From the NCBI GenBank assembly GCA_044356455.1, contig JBIKWF010000004.1, positions 1 through 64,000 of the forward strand: 64,000 nt of DNA, written 5' to 3'. The position numbers and the translations under genes were made by a program. The DNA comes from Bdellovibrionota bacterium (GTDB taxonomy: Bacteria; Bdellovibrionota_C; UBA2361; JBGSMV01). The notes under the pieces were generated by a model. It saw nothing but the letters and a program-made list of their open reading frames with translations, was not told where the DNA came from and did no database searches. Positions 28,905 through 40,300 of this stretch are shown here, piece by piece; the stretch's first letter is position 1; each line of letters starts with the position of its first letter.

Positions 28905-29395
28905 TCGTGAATTCTTTCAAAGGAGAAACTAAGTTTGGAGAGTGTGTCTCTTGGGAGACGCCGCTTTCTGGACAGAGTTCGTTTTCTATCGAGGTAAATT
29001 CGCTTCTCGTATCTCCCGATGCAGACAAGGCTGGTCGGTTCAGGCTGCAAGTTTCAATACAGGGAGAAACTGGTCGGAATGTGTGGTTCACGTTCTCAAA
29101 CGTGTTTTCCTATCGCATGATTGACGAATGTTTCTGGGACGCGCAATTGTTTTCTGATTTTAACGGAATGAGTGACTTGTCGAAACATCCCGACGGTTGT
29201 CAAAAAAGTGAATCTCACGCGAGTTTTATTAAATCAAGAACCCAAAAGGTTGTTAATTCCTTGTGGGCAAAGGAGGGCGCCGGATTGATCGGCAGCAAAC
29301 TCGAACATTATTTATTTCTTGGCGGAACCGAAGTTCTTGAGGTGTTGGCTGAAACGGCGCCAGAGATCCTCACAGAAGCCTTAGAAGGTAGGTGA
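28892..29395 (+). CDS. Hypothetical protein (immunity-protein-like)
   Basis: FTFSNVFSYRMIDE..LEHYLFLGGTEVLEVLAETAP pattern. Confidence 0.55.
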   Translation: MLALIVNSFKGETKFGECVSWETPLSGQSSFSIEVNSLLVSPDADKAGRFRLQVSIQGETGRNVWFTFSNVFSYRMIDECFWDAQLFSDFNGMSDLSKHPDGCQKSESHASFIKSRTQKVVNSLWAKEGAGLIGSKLEHYLFLGGTEVLEVLAETAPEILTEALEGR

Positions 29396-29460
29396 GTGCA
29401 GTACAAGTATTGGCCAATTGTAGACGAGCTCCGTATCCTTCTCGTCATAGTCGAACGCAG

Positions 29461-29584
29461 GGGGGCCTTCTTGGGAATCCACTACTTGCTCCAGCGAAGT
29501 CGCTCCTCGCTCGCTAACTACCTGAAATTATGAGATATGGAATTACCAGCTTACGCCTGGTCGTGAATTAATGGGTGTCCCAGG
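29461..29584 (+). repeat. Family B ~140-bp repeat, degenerate copy
   Basis: Blocks TTGGGAATCCA, GCTAACTACCTGAAA, GCTTACGCCTGG and ATGGGTGTCCCAG are colinear with the other copies. Confidence 0.7.
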
Positions 29585-29645
29585 GTGAACAGAGTTTTGG
29601 GCATGTTATACTCTCTGCACTTTAGCATCAAAAGAGAACTCGCCC

Positions 29646-32600
29646 GTGGCCTTCGCCGATAGAAATGAAAGAGATAGCTGGGACGCGGACAAGGAGCGAT
29701 GGAATGAGCATCTTCCAGGAGACTCTAAGCTTTGGGACAAGCTCTCGGCTCCGGCTCGCGGTGAGCTAGTTGAAAATCAAGAATCCGACGTGTGCAGCCG
29801 TTACTTTTTCAAAACTTATCTCGGCCCACTTCCAGTCGCTACTAAGGAAGCTGTAATCGCAGCGCTTACTGAGGCAGCGAGAGCACATTCTATTCCTGAA
29901 GAGGCTCTGCCCTCCTTTCTTCGCGACGTTTGGGCTGAAGAGGAGGCTCCCGAGAGGGTTCTAGAGGAGCAGGGCTTTGGCGCGGGAACTTCCGGAAGAT
30001 TGAAAGAGGTCACATCTGATAAAACTGGAATTCATACCCCTTTTGATAGTTTAGGAAGAGTTCTTGTTTCTCCCTCAGAGCTCGCAAAGGCTTACGCCGA
30101 ATTGATCCAGATTATTCCGCCGAGCTTTATTCCTAAGCTTCAAGACAGTGGGTTCTCGCTCTATGAGCTCTCCAAGATGGCGGTTCGCTGGAAGCAGGAA
30201 GCTCCGGGAGCGGTTGTGGACTGGATAATTAAGACCAACCCAGGTTGTTCTGAGGCTGAGGGAAGTCAGGCATTCGAAAGACTAAATGATTCGCTTGCCG
30301 CGAGAACTCTGCGTGGGGGCTTTTTTGCCTGCTGGAAGCCATTTTATGAGAGCCCTTACGGAGGCCTTGCCGCAGAGAGAGTTTTTTCGGTGCTTTCTGC
30401 CCCAGAGTTATTCTTTGAATCTGCAGATGTAAGGAGTTCAACTTTCTCTGCACTCCACTCAGCTCTTCATGCGTACCGCGAGTCGATTGGCGGCATCACT
30501 GAGGAGATGCTAGCTGAATTAGGAGCTGCGACGTCTAAGTTTTTTAGCGTCTGTACTCGCAAGGAGCCAGCTCTCTCACGAGATGAGATAACACGGCTTC
30601 TTAGGCTGTATGTAAAAGAGACGGGCCCCGCCTTAGCTAGTCCCATATCCCAAGGCCTTCTTAATCACGCCATTCTTCAAAGCTTGGTTCGTTTGGACAG
30701 TACTTGCGGGAGCGCAGAGCTCGCTTCTGGTCAGGATTTATTGTCCAGGTTGCAAAGGCTTCGTGACGAGGCAGAGAGACTTTCCCAGATGGCGCAAATA
30801 CCGGTGTCTGTGGCTGGAGTTATCATTCTAGATTTTAGAAGGCTCGCTAGAGATTCTCCTCGCTTCCAAGACCTTCGGAGAGATAAAGACCTTGCTGAGC
30901 TAAAGAGTATTCTTAAGCCCCTTAGCGAGCCAGTATCACGATTCGCGGCTACGGGGGTGACGAGGGCCAACGAAGGGCCAGAGAATGACACAGAGGGACG
31001 TCTTCTTTCGGGTGCACGGCGTCTTCTGATATCAAACTTGGATCTTGGCCCTTCTGAGAGGGACGGGGTGCTCTATCCTTCTATTGCCGCAAAGCTTTCA
31101 GAGGAGGCAGATGAGTTCTTACTCCACTTAAAGTGGAGAGCTCCACAAATCAAAGATGAGATGACGCCAAGCCAGAAGGAGTGGTTTGGAAGCTGGCCGC
31201 TAAGCGTGATTTCGAAGGAGCTAGTTTTTAGAACTGGGCTGCTCTCCGCGATACATGCAACCCCCCTATGTCATTCCTGGGACGCGTTTCAAAGAGTTGT
31301 TCTGGCTGCAGACGCAGCGGCAAAGGGTGCGGCGCCTCGGGAACTTCAGTTTATAGAGTGCCTCTCTGAGCTTCTGACAAAACACTCGGCGCGGCGCGGG
31401 GTCATTTCTACCGGTCGGGAGGCTTTGACCCCGTCCGAGAATAAGACCCAGGGGCTATTAAAGCGGATAGAATTTTTCAGGGACTTCACTCAGCAATTTG
31501 GAGTGGGGCCCTACTACGAGCTCGCAGTACGCTATGAAACTTTGAGGCTCTCGCCTCAGGGTCTTGTTTGGCACGACAAGGCCCATGAACCGGAGTATCT
31601 AGAGGAGCTCACGGACGTTAGGACTTTTTTTGAGAAGCTTAAGGAACTTAGACTAAGGACATGGAGGTCAATACGCGGGCAGCCTGGAAATAGTAGAGAC
31701 TTGGCATCGAGATTTCCTCTTGTTGCTAAGTTGTATGAGCTTCCTCACGCACTTTATCAAGATTCAAGTTCCTCTTACCGCTCAGCGCTTCCAGATTATT
31801 CAGAGGTTTCCTCTGCAAGGGAGCGAGACGGTAAGGACACGCTCTCGCCGTATCATCCAGTCTGGAGCCCAATTCTCACCGAAACTACTCCCACGTTCCC
31901 AGTAAGGCGGTTTCAAGTAAAAGCAGCCGCGAATACTAAGGAGGCTACGAAAGATGAAAGCGACCTCGTCAATGCTATTTCAGAGGACGTGAGGTCAGCA
32001 GAGAGTCTCTCCCCGGGAGATAGTTTTTGGGTAAGGGATTATCTTCTTGAAACGTTAACTTCTAGCATCGAAGGCTTAACGTATGCGCAGACTAAGAGTG
32101 GAGGAAAGGTAAACTTTGAAGAGCAGTGCCGGACCCTTGCTGCAAGAAGGGAACTCGCCTCTCGTATTCTGAGCCCTGAAGATGCGCTGCCTCTTTTTGC
32201 GCCGCTTCACGGCTTTAAAGTGAGTGAAGGTGTCTTACGACGGCTCCTTTTTTCAGGTCAGAATGATTCTGCGCGCGCTAGTTTTTATCTTGGAGCTGCA
32301 GAGGGTGGGAGGGCGTTCACAGAGCGCGTGAGCACTCTTTACGATATTCTTTCAAATGCACAGGAGCATTGGGAGAAGCGTCTAAAGAATATCCCTGAAA
32401 AGGATAGTATTCAGCCCCTCATTGAAAGAGCGTTTAAGCTTTCAAGGCTTGAAGCGATTTATCGACGCCTTAGCTCCGGGGAATCTCAAGGTGGCTCAAG
32501 GGATATTAGTTTTTATCTTTGCCGTGGGTTCGAGCGTGGATATGCTGGTTACCTAGCAGATACTTGCGCCACGGGAGCGAGAGGGCTTCCCTCTTCTTTG

Positions 32601-33065
32601 GCTACGCTTTGCTTTGCGGACGAAGAGGCGGCGCTAAGGGATCCGCTGCTTCAGGGGTGCTCAATGGTCTTTCACGCGGAAGACGAGTTCGGGCGGCCAG
32701 CCGTAATACTTAGAGGTTTTAACCCAACAAGCAGAGCGGCATCTAGTTTAGATGCAGCGGACCTTTTTGAGAAAGCAGTTCAATATTTGGAATCTCTTCG
32801 TGAGCGTCTGTCTTTTGAGAGTATTTTGGTCCCTGATGAGGATAAAGCGGGGAGGTCTCTAAGTAATAGGCTTCCAGTAGTTAATCACGTTGTTGCTACT
32901 TACGGGAAAGGTCCGCGTCTCGCTCTGAAAACACCGGAGGCAACTCTTATTCCTCATCGGTATCGAGGGCGTAACTCACCTCTGCCTATGAGGCCACCTG
33001 AGCCACTTGCGTACAATGGGCACGAGATAACGACGCCTTGTCTTGTCATTCGGACCTACACCTAA
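29646..33065 (+). CDS. Large hypothetical protein (1139 aa; helical body, alpha/beta C-terminal domain)
   Basis: Long uninterrupted ORF; C-terminal AGYLADTC..VILRGFNP..SLSNR. Confidence 0.8.
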   Translation: MAFADRNERDSWDADKERWNEHLPGDSKLWDKLSAPARGELVENQESDVCSRYFFKTYLGPLPVATKEAVIAALTEAARAHSIPEEALPSFLRDVWAEEEAPERVLEEQGFGAGTSGRLKEVTSDKTGIHTPFDSLGRVLVSPSELAKAYAELIQIIPPSFIPKLQDSGFSLYELSKMAVRWKQEAPGAVVDWIIKTNPGCSEAEGSQAFERLNDSLAARTLRGGFFACWKPFYESPYGGLAAERVFSVLSAPELFFESADVRSSTFSALHSALHAYRESIGGITEEMLAELGAATSKFFSVCTRKEPALSRDEITRLLRLYVKETGPALASPISQGLLNHAILQSLVRLDSTCGSAELASGQDLLSRLQRLRDEAERLSQMAQIPVSVAGVIILDFRRLARDSPRFQDLRRDKDLAELKSILKPLSEPVSRFAATGVTRANEGPENDTEGRLLSGARRLLISNLDLGPSERDGVLYPSIAAKLSEEADEFLLHLKWRAPQIKDEMTPSQKEWFGSWPLSVISKELVFRTGLLSAIHATPLCHSWDAFQRVVLAADAAAKGAAPRELQFIECLSELLTKHSARRGVISTGREALTPSENKTQGLLKRIEFFRDFTQQFGVGPYYELAVRYETLRLSPQGLVWHDKAHEPEYLEELTDVRTFFEKLKELRLRTWRSIRGQPGNSRDLASRFPLVAKLYELPHALYQDSSSSYRSALPDYSEVSSARERDGKDTLSPYHPVWSPILTETTPTFPVRRFQVKAAANTKEATKDESDLVNAISEDVRSAESLSPGDSFWVRDYLLETLTSSIEGLTYAQTKSGGKVNFEEQCRTLAARRELASRILSPEDALPLFAPLHGFKVSEGVLRRLLFSGQNDSARASFYLGAAEGGRAFTERVSTLYDILSNAQEHWEKRLKNIPEKDSIQPLIERAFKLSRLEAIYRRLSSGESQGGSRDISFYLCRGFERGYAGYLADTCATGARGLPSSLATLCFADEEAALRDPLLQGCSMVFHAEDEFGRPAVILRGFNPTSRAASSLDAADLFEKAVQYLESLRERLSFESILVPDEDKAGRSLSNRLPVVNHVVATYGKGPRLALKTPEATLIPHRYRGRNSPLPMRPPEPLAYNGHEITTPCLVIRTYT

Positions 33066-33174
33066 AACGAGTAGCCTGTTACAGTCCGGCTCTTGCCAGA
33101 CTCATCAGTTAAGGTTCTAGAATCAAAGTGAAATAGCAGGAGCCATTCTTAGGCATCGCAGCCCTGTGAGCGTG

Positions 33175-34518
33175 CTAATTCCTTCCATCAAGAGAATGGA
33201 GCACGTTCTTATCGAGATACGCCCCCAAGTGTCTTAGTAGTGACAACCCTAGATCGTTCACTCCTGAGAATGGTGCTTGAGAAAGGATGTGGAAACGATC
33301 GCACGCGTTCCAAAGTATTTCTGTGGCATCCTCATCCTTCATTGAGGCTGCAAGCCCCGAGGAGTAAATGGCCGCAGCATCACTTCTCTGGGATCGTTTG
33401 TGCCTACGCATTAGTTTCCCGAGTGTCTCTGACTCGGGCGATTTCGAATGCGCATCAAGAATCAGAAGTCTGCCGAGCAGTGCCCGCGCAAGGTCTGCGG
33501 CCGAGAGGGGAGCTCCTGAGAGAGACTTGAGTATTTTTTGGTCCCAAGCTGTTGGGATATCCAAAGAACCGAATCCAGGAGGAAGGTGCTTCTGGATCTC
33601 TAGAGAGTTCGGATTAAAGAGAGAAAGCGAACCGGCAGCGACTTGCCTTCTTATCGCGCGATGGGCTGGAGCCTGGAGAACGACAAATAGGGTATCTTTT
33701 CCAGAGCCTGTAAGGTGCCTTTTAATCTCTTCTACAAGTACCTGCTCTCTCGCTTTGAGTAGCTCGGTATCCGCCGAGAGGGCAGTGCGGGTGGCGCTAA
33801 GTACCATTTCTGGTCTTACCGTGTCGACTGAAGCGGCAAGGAGTTCGGCTATTCGTTCATTGCATGAGGCCGAGCTTTTTCGAAGCGCTTCTACGCCTGG
33901 ACTGTTAGTTTCAGACAATACAGCGAACGAGTAAGGGACTTTCAAGGCAGATACGAGCTGAGAGATGGCATCGGCAGACTGGGCGTGCTGAGGGTTTAGC
34001 CCCATTCCTCTACGACGGGTATTTATATAATCCGTAATATTCCAGAAGGCCTTCAATGCACGAGGAAGTAGGTTCTTACGAACGCTTCGTGCAAGCTCAT
34101 GTTCTATTTGACCCTTGTCAGTCTCCGTAGCAGCAGATGATTCTACAAGAACGCGAACTTTCGAGAAAGCTGAGCCCTTGAGCTGCTCAAGTAACCCATT
34201 CACCTTAAAGGTGGTCTGAGCCTTTAGGCCGTTAAGGTTAAGGAAAACAAGATTCTCAAAACTTCCGTGAAGGACGGGGGCTCGCTCACTAACCGGCGAA
34301 GTAGCATCTTTGGTGCTCGCTGCTTTTCGAAGAGTCTCTATCATTCTGGCAATTTGGGGGGCACGCGGAACCCCCACATGAAGCGGAGCTTGCAATCCGT
34401 AGCCACCACCACAAGCGTCGCCATGCATCATTCGCGATGCGAGCTCGGGGTGCAGCATCGTTGGAAGGTGTGTGATGGGGCCCCTAGCGGAATAAGAACT
34501 GTCATAAGGAGAGAACAT
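33175..34518 (-). CDS. Hypothetical protein
   Basis: 447-aa ORF; no motif recognised. Confidence 0.7.
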   Translation of the reverse strand: MFSPYDSSYSARGPITHLPTMLHPELASRMMHGDACGGGYGLQAPLHVGVPRAPQIARMIETLRKAASTKDATSPVSERAPVLHGSFENLVFLNLNGLKAQTTFKVNGLLEQLKGSAFSKVRVLVESSAATETDKGQIEHELARSVRKNLLPRALKAFWNITDYINTRRRGMGLNPQHAQSADAISQLVSALKVPYSFAVLSETNSPGVEALRKSSASCNERIAELLAASVDTVRPEMVLSATRTALSADTELLKAREQVLVEEIKRHLTGSGKDTLFVVLQAPAHRAIRRQVAAGSLSLFNPNSLEIQKHLPPGFGSLDIPTAWDQKILKSLSGAPLSAADLARALLGRLLILDAHSKSPESETLGKLMRRHKRSQRSDAAAIYSSGLAASMKDEDATEILWNACDRFHILSQAPFSGVNDLGLSLLRHLGAYLDKNVLHSLDGRN

Positions 34519-35012
34519 AGCAGCGCCTCAGAGAAAACTCTTTGGCTGATAGTGCCTGAAGGGCGGAGTGCGCTCTATTTAAGGATTCAGAGTAGGAAGC
34601 AAGAGGATGATTTATCGAACGAGAGCGCTTAAGCTGCCCTGGTCTTCTAGAAATGGAGCAGCTCGTAAATGAATAGGCGAAGAGTGCAGAGCTCATTTTT
34701 TTCTCGGTCCGGGCGTAACCGCGAATTGGATGGGGTTGGCAACTTAAGCCCTATTCAGTTACATGAGGCACTCTCAAGACTATCTAGGATAAGATGCGAT
34801 TAAGAGCAGACTCTTCGTGCAATAATTTCTAGATTGCGTTTGAAGAAACTAGACATGGAAACCGTTTTTGAAATGCCTCCTAGAGAACGAGCTTCGGAGC
34901 GTCGCGAGGCAATTGAGCGCAGGGGAAGTCTGCTTGGAAACTCACTACCTAAGATCATGAGATATAGAATTGCCAGCCTGTGCCTGGTCGTGGAATTAAT
35001 GAGTGTCGCAGG

Positions 35013-35336
35013 ATGAGTGGTGTGACCAGAGAGATTCCAAAGAAGATATTTCGTGAACTCATCGAATCCGGCACGGTGCCTCCTCGCAAGCGTGAAGGCT
35101 TTACTGAAAAGCCGATTCCCGTTTCTTTAGCGCGAAAAATTATAGAAGAAGCGCTAGGCATGCCAGAATCTCGGGCGGGAAATAGATTTGGAGGGACTGG
35201 AAAGCAACTTGAGCTCCTGGCGGATGGTAGGATTGCCTTCCATCAGTCATTTGAAGAGAGCCTCGGAAAAATGAGCGAGCACACGGACTTCTTTGCCAAT
35301 TTGCGCGTGGCGATAGACGCTTATTTGGCTCAGTGA
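35013..35336 (+). CDS. Hypothetical protein
   Basis: Short ORF; start uncertain. Confidence 0.45.
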   Translation: MSGVTREIPKKIFRELIESGTVPPRKREGFTEKPIPVSLARKIIEEALGMPESRAGNRFGGTGKQLELLADGRIAFHQSFEESLGKMSEHTDFFANLRVAIDAYLAQ

Positions 35337-35441
35337 GAGAAAGATTTTCCTGAGCTGCCTGTGCGTGTTCGATTCGACTGGAATTCATGAAGTGAAATCG
35401 AAGGTCGGCGCCACTCCGCTATATGAAGCATTATTCCTCAA

Positions 35442-35992
35442 ATGAAATACCAGCTTAGAAGTGCCTCCCCGAGTGACTTAGACCTTCTTATGAGGATTGG
35501 GCATGAAGGCATTCGGCCTTACGTTGAAAGTCTCTTCGGGTGGGACTCGGTGGAGCAAGAGAGGCGCTTTCGCGAAGATTTCCATCCGGAGCAAATTTCA
35601 GTCATTCAATTCGAGGGCGAAGACGTTGGTTATCTCAAGGTAGAAGATAAAGGCGGTCACATTTTCCTTGCAGGAATATACCTTTTAAAGCGTGTGAGGT
35701 CGATTGGGCTAGGAGTGTGTCCCGTAGAAACATAAATCTGCATTTTGGACACAATCCGTAGGTAGGCTGTCCCGTTGCCACCACAACATGTAGTGGCAGG
35801 AATTTTCTACGGGACAGACTCCTAGGTAGTTCAGTCATGACAGATCTTATATCGGCTGCCCACAATTCTGGAAAATCGATACGCTTGCAAGTCTTGCGAA
35901 CGAATCCGGCCCAGAGTCTATATCAGAGACTTGGCTTTAAGATTGTCGGAGACTCAGAGACGCATATCTTTATGGAATCATCCGGCACTTAG
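35442..35992 (+). pseudogene. GNAT acetyltransferase disrupted by a MITE
   Basis: Removing 35713-35825 rejoins ..RVRSIGLG|SSVMTDLI..LQVLRTNPAQSLYQRLGF..MESSGT* in frame. Confidence 0.92.
35713..35821. mobile_element. 109-bp MITE with 18-bp TIRs and CTAG target duplication
   Basis: CTAG|GAGTGTGTCCCGTAGAAA..TTTCTACGGGACAGACTC|CTAG (17/18 match). Confidence 0.92.
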
Positions 35993-36055
35993 GTTTTCTG
36001 GTTCCCGTGAGATATGGCGGGGAGTACTATCCAAACAGGAGAGCTATAGAGAGGT

Positions 36056-36490
36056 ATGATTGTTCGACGTGCAGTACCTGAAGATGCGAAAGCGATATTT
36101 GACATTGGGATCAACTCTCAAGCATTTCAAGTAAGCGACGAGGTTCCCTTTTACGAATTTGACGAGGTTGTGGCATGGCTTCACAGTCCCATGGACAACC
36201 TATTTATTGTAGCGGAACAGGGCGAGTCGTTGACGGGATTTCTGTTCTGCAAAGTGATGTCAATTCATTGGGCATTGCTCGATAATTTCTTTGTAGTTCC
36301 GTCAGCTCGAGGCATGGGGACGGGAACCGCCTTACTGGGCTCATTGAAGCAAATACTGATGGAGCGAGAGATAAAATATCTTTCAGCACTGTTTCGCGAG
36401 CAGGATGGAGATACTCTCTCGTTTTTCCAGCAAAGTGGGTTCCGGCGTCAGCAGAAATACTTGTGGATGGATGTTTTCTTGGAGACCTAG
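36056..36490 (+). CDS. GNAT N-acetyltransferase
   Basis: IVRRAVPEDA, FFVVPSARGMGTGTALL, FFQQSGF. Confidence 0.9.
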   Translation: MIVRRAVPEDAKAIFDIGINSQAFQVSDEVPFYEFDEVVAWLHSPMDNLFIVAEQGESLTGFLFCKVMSIHWALLDNFFVVPSARGMGTGTALLGSLKQILMEREIKYLSALFREQDGDTLSFFQQSGFRRQQKYLWMDVFLET

Positions 36491-36633
36491 GGAGTCCTAG
36501 TTGGGACACCCAATTTTCGTTCCAGCTTGCCCCGGGCGGGCTGGAACTTTACTTGCTAACCACTTGAAAGGATGGGCCTTAGAATTGCAGGCTTATGCCT
36601 GGTTGGGGAATCATTGGGTGTCCCAGAGAGTCC
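36491..36633 (+). repeat. Family B repeat copy
   Basis: GGAGTCCTAGTTGGGACACCCAA..AACCACTTGAAAGGATGGGCCTTAGAA..GCTTATGCCTGG..TTGGGTGTCCCAGAGAGTCC; starts immediately after a stop codon. Confidence 0.95.
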
Positions 36634-37322
36634 TTTGATATTTCGGCAGCGTAAAGAATACTCATCCCTGCACTATCTTTAGGCACTCCATGAGCTATTC
36701 CCGCTTCAACATAGCTCCATCCAGATCTGTTTTGTTCTCGAATGGGCCACTAAAAGGCGCGAAATACTGGGTAGATGCCATGCGAGGATGAATGGCCACG
36801 GATGGTTACGTCGCGCGAGGTCTCAGAGAGAAGAAGGGGAGAAGGGGAAGTAGTCGTCAATTATGATTAGATGGACATCACAGACATTCAAGAAAGTATG
36901 CTGGTCTTGCTAGACCCCCGAGGTTCTTTGATGTGCGTTCGTCTTTGCGTAGCAAGTCAAAAAAAGTGGGTGGCACTAAAGCAGCAGCTCTCGATCACAA
37001 GCCAGCAAGAATACAGCCCTCAAACTACCTAAGCTTCATGCTCGCTATACCAAATCCACAGGAGCTCGAGCTAACTCGCCGATATTATTAGCCTTCTCAT
37101 CCGCGACCCTTCCGATACCGCTGCAACTGCTCAAGCTAATTGGCTGATAAGCTTAGCAAAAAACATCTCTATGCTAGGCACTCCCGCCCTTTCGGGCAGC
37201 ATAACAACGGAGTGAAATTTATGGATCCGTTACTCTAAGCAAACTTACCCATTTATTTCGATTGCAGTGAATATTTCCAGGCTAGGCGCGGATATCGCGG
37301 CTACCTGACGAGAACAGGTGTC

Positions 37323-40300
37323 ATGCCGGACGATAGAGGGCAAGGAGGTACTCAGGTTCGTCCCATAAATGGGGAGGAAGCCATAGGTGTACCGTCAGCG
37401 CCGAGTCCTGATGCTGTTCAACTTGCTCCGGACGCGCCACTTGCAGCCAATGAACTTTTCAAAGCTTTGGCGCTGCCGATTACTGAAAAATCACTTGATT
37501 GCGCGGCCGCCATTTTAAAGGCATGCGCTGATCCGGCAGAGGTTCTTGCAATTCCCGAGGTTCAGGCCAGATATCTTTTGGCGCTGAGCGCCTCGCTGAA
37601 ATTGTGCGCCACGAGCGAAGAGGGCATGGATCGTCTTGAAGCGTTTGCCAAGGCTGGGCAAAGAAGAATTGTAAGCCTTGGAGGTGAGTTTGACGCGGCA
37701 AGAAAGGATGCATATCTCGAAGCAGTAAAGACTGGTCACCTAGAATTGGTTCTACGGGTTGAGCAAACCATACTTGGTGACCTTCAGGCAGACCCTACCG
37801 CTCTTCAGGCCGCCGTTAGAATCTGTTGCCTCAATGCTCTTCGTATGGACGAGATGCAGAGTGAGGGTAGTCCTGTAGGCACATTCCTCCGTCTCTTCTC
37901 TTTTAGTCATGGCTTTGATGCTGAGACGATCCGTCATGACGCTTCGATACTCCACGAAGTGGAGGAACAGCATCGTGCCGCAATTGTTGGCGGGTTTCCA
38001 AACAAGCTCAGAAAATTATCGGAGGCCTCCAATTCTGAAGATCCGCCAGAGAAAGCTTCACAATTTCAAAATGAACGGATAAAAGGCCTCGAAACCGCAC
38101 TCACGAGAGGGGATGCCAGGAACGTTGAATTCATCCTTGACTGGTGGAATCTACCCCCTGACATTATCGACCGGACTCCGACGCTTGAGGCGGCACTTGC
38201 GGGACTAGAGCGCAGAGAGACACCATCACGATTCCAGCCGGCAACAAAACTATTGGCGCTCTTTCCGAGGCTCGTCACAAATACCGATCCCGCGTTTGAA
38301 GAGAAAGCAACACCCGTGATTGCAGAGGCGCTCGCTCGAACACTTGCTGCCAGTCCAGGTCGTGAAACGCTTGAGGCAGTGATTAGGCTCGGGCTTCCCG
38401 ACAGAATTCTTGGCCAAACTGATCTTGCCCATGCGGTTCATAATTATGTACTTCGACCCCTTCTCTTAGCGGGTGAGTTAGACGAGAGTCGCCAAATTTG
38501 TAAAGATTTTAGAATCCCCGAAACGCAACTCAAAGATCTTCTCACGCCGGATGAGAAGCTTTCCGCTCTTGTGGCAAGCTTAAAATCTAAACCTTTGAGC
38601 GAATTTCAAGACCTCGTAAAGATTTTCGAGATTGATCAAAAGCAGATACAGGAACCGCACCTTCTTGAAGTAGCGAAAGTACGTCTTACCAAGCAGTTCG
38701 CTCAAAACGCGGCTCTTGCATATCGATGGTTAGAGATCTTTCCTGTATTGCGGTCGGCACTGACCGAAATCGGATTGGCATCTTATAGTGAAGCGCTTCT
38801 TGCGGGTAATTTCACCGCCGCAGAGGATGTTCGTCAAAGGCTTTTCGGTTCAGACTTTAGTGCGAAAGATGCTCGGATGCCCGAGCTGCCAAGAGCGTTG
38901 GCGCATACGCACGATCTTGAGACCTTGCAAAACCTTGCCGGGTTTGTTCTTAGCAATCAGACCTATGTATCCTATTTAGGTACCAGTAAGACACTTCCAC
39001 TGCTCAAGAAGGACGAGTTCGCACGAGTAGGAAGGCTTGGAGTTGCACCAGAGCATGTTGAGCCGTATCTGGCAGCCGGAAATTCGCTTGGTGATCTTAA
39101 CAATGATGAAACGGCTAGACGGCTTGTCGATTATTTGATCCGTCATGATTCGCGCTGGAGTTCGGCGATGCTGCGGTCAGCCTTTGAGCATGGAGCAGGC
39201 TATTTTGGCGCAGCCGCAATGCTGCGATTCGCTTCACATCCGGATTATGCGCCGGACTATTGTCTGCAGAATATCCCGCAGATTGTTCGATTCGCGCAGG
39301 ACTCCGGCGTCCCTGCATCTCGCTTTGCAGAGCAGATTCTGACACGCGTTCGACGTGATGGCGGCGAATACAGCGAAGGATCCTCCTACGAACTGCTTCG
39401 ATCCATTGCCACGGCACTCACCGGTAAGTTTGAACTCGTAATTCAGAGTTTGTCTGGTGTCTCGGAACACTCACCACTGGCCGCAATGCGCGGAAGGTTT
39501 GAGACTAAAGCAGATTGCGTTGCTTCTTGGGACAGTCTCAAGCAACTCGTGGCAATTATTCCCATCCTTGAGCAGCCCATACTCCTGGCAAAACTCGCGC
39601 AATATAAAACAAACGGAAGGGAGTTAGAGGCAAATTATTTGCAAGCGATTGCCTTAAGAGCCGACTCGCGAGTGAATCCACAAGATGCATTTCGATTCAT
39701 TGAATCCCCCGAAACATTCTTCGCACAAGATGACTACGGGACTACGGGGCCCAGCCAGCTGATGAAGATTCCCTACCTACCGATTAGCGGAGACTCGCTT
39801 CGCGACGCCATTGTGAGAGGGGGTCTTGATCGCATAATGGCCTTTCCACCCTGTTCCGCAGAGTGTGAAGTTCTTGTGCGTGGGGATAAGGTGTATCTCG
39901 GTATACGTGAATTGCTTTCCGATGCTCTCGGATCTCAGAGAAATAGAATTCCAGGGCTTGCCAAGAATAGTAAGCAGCTCTTTGCCGCAACCCAAGCGCT
40001 CTTGAAGGATTCTGGAGTAACCGTTCCGGAGTATCTTAGCGGCAAAAAGGTTTCATCCGAGCTCGACATGAAGATTCGCGCTTTAGCCATCGATGGCACC
40101 TTTGGAATGAAGGTAGAGAAACTTAAACTTGTCGCTGCGGTTCATCGAAAAAGTGCCCCCGAAGCCGCCACTGCTGGCAACGAGACTCAGTGCTGTATGC
40201 CGTTTGGTGCATCAAATCAAAACGACTATATGCTCCAGCCAAATGTGGCGCATTTTACCGTTCAAACTCACGGTGACAATCGACGGCGAACTCTGGCGCA

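Noticed and set aside
36634..37320. Unannotated ~690-bp stretch after a family B repeat, possibly a decayed gene or ncRNA
   Set aside because: Only short broken frames; no family or structure could be supported by eye. BLASTX would decide.
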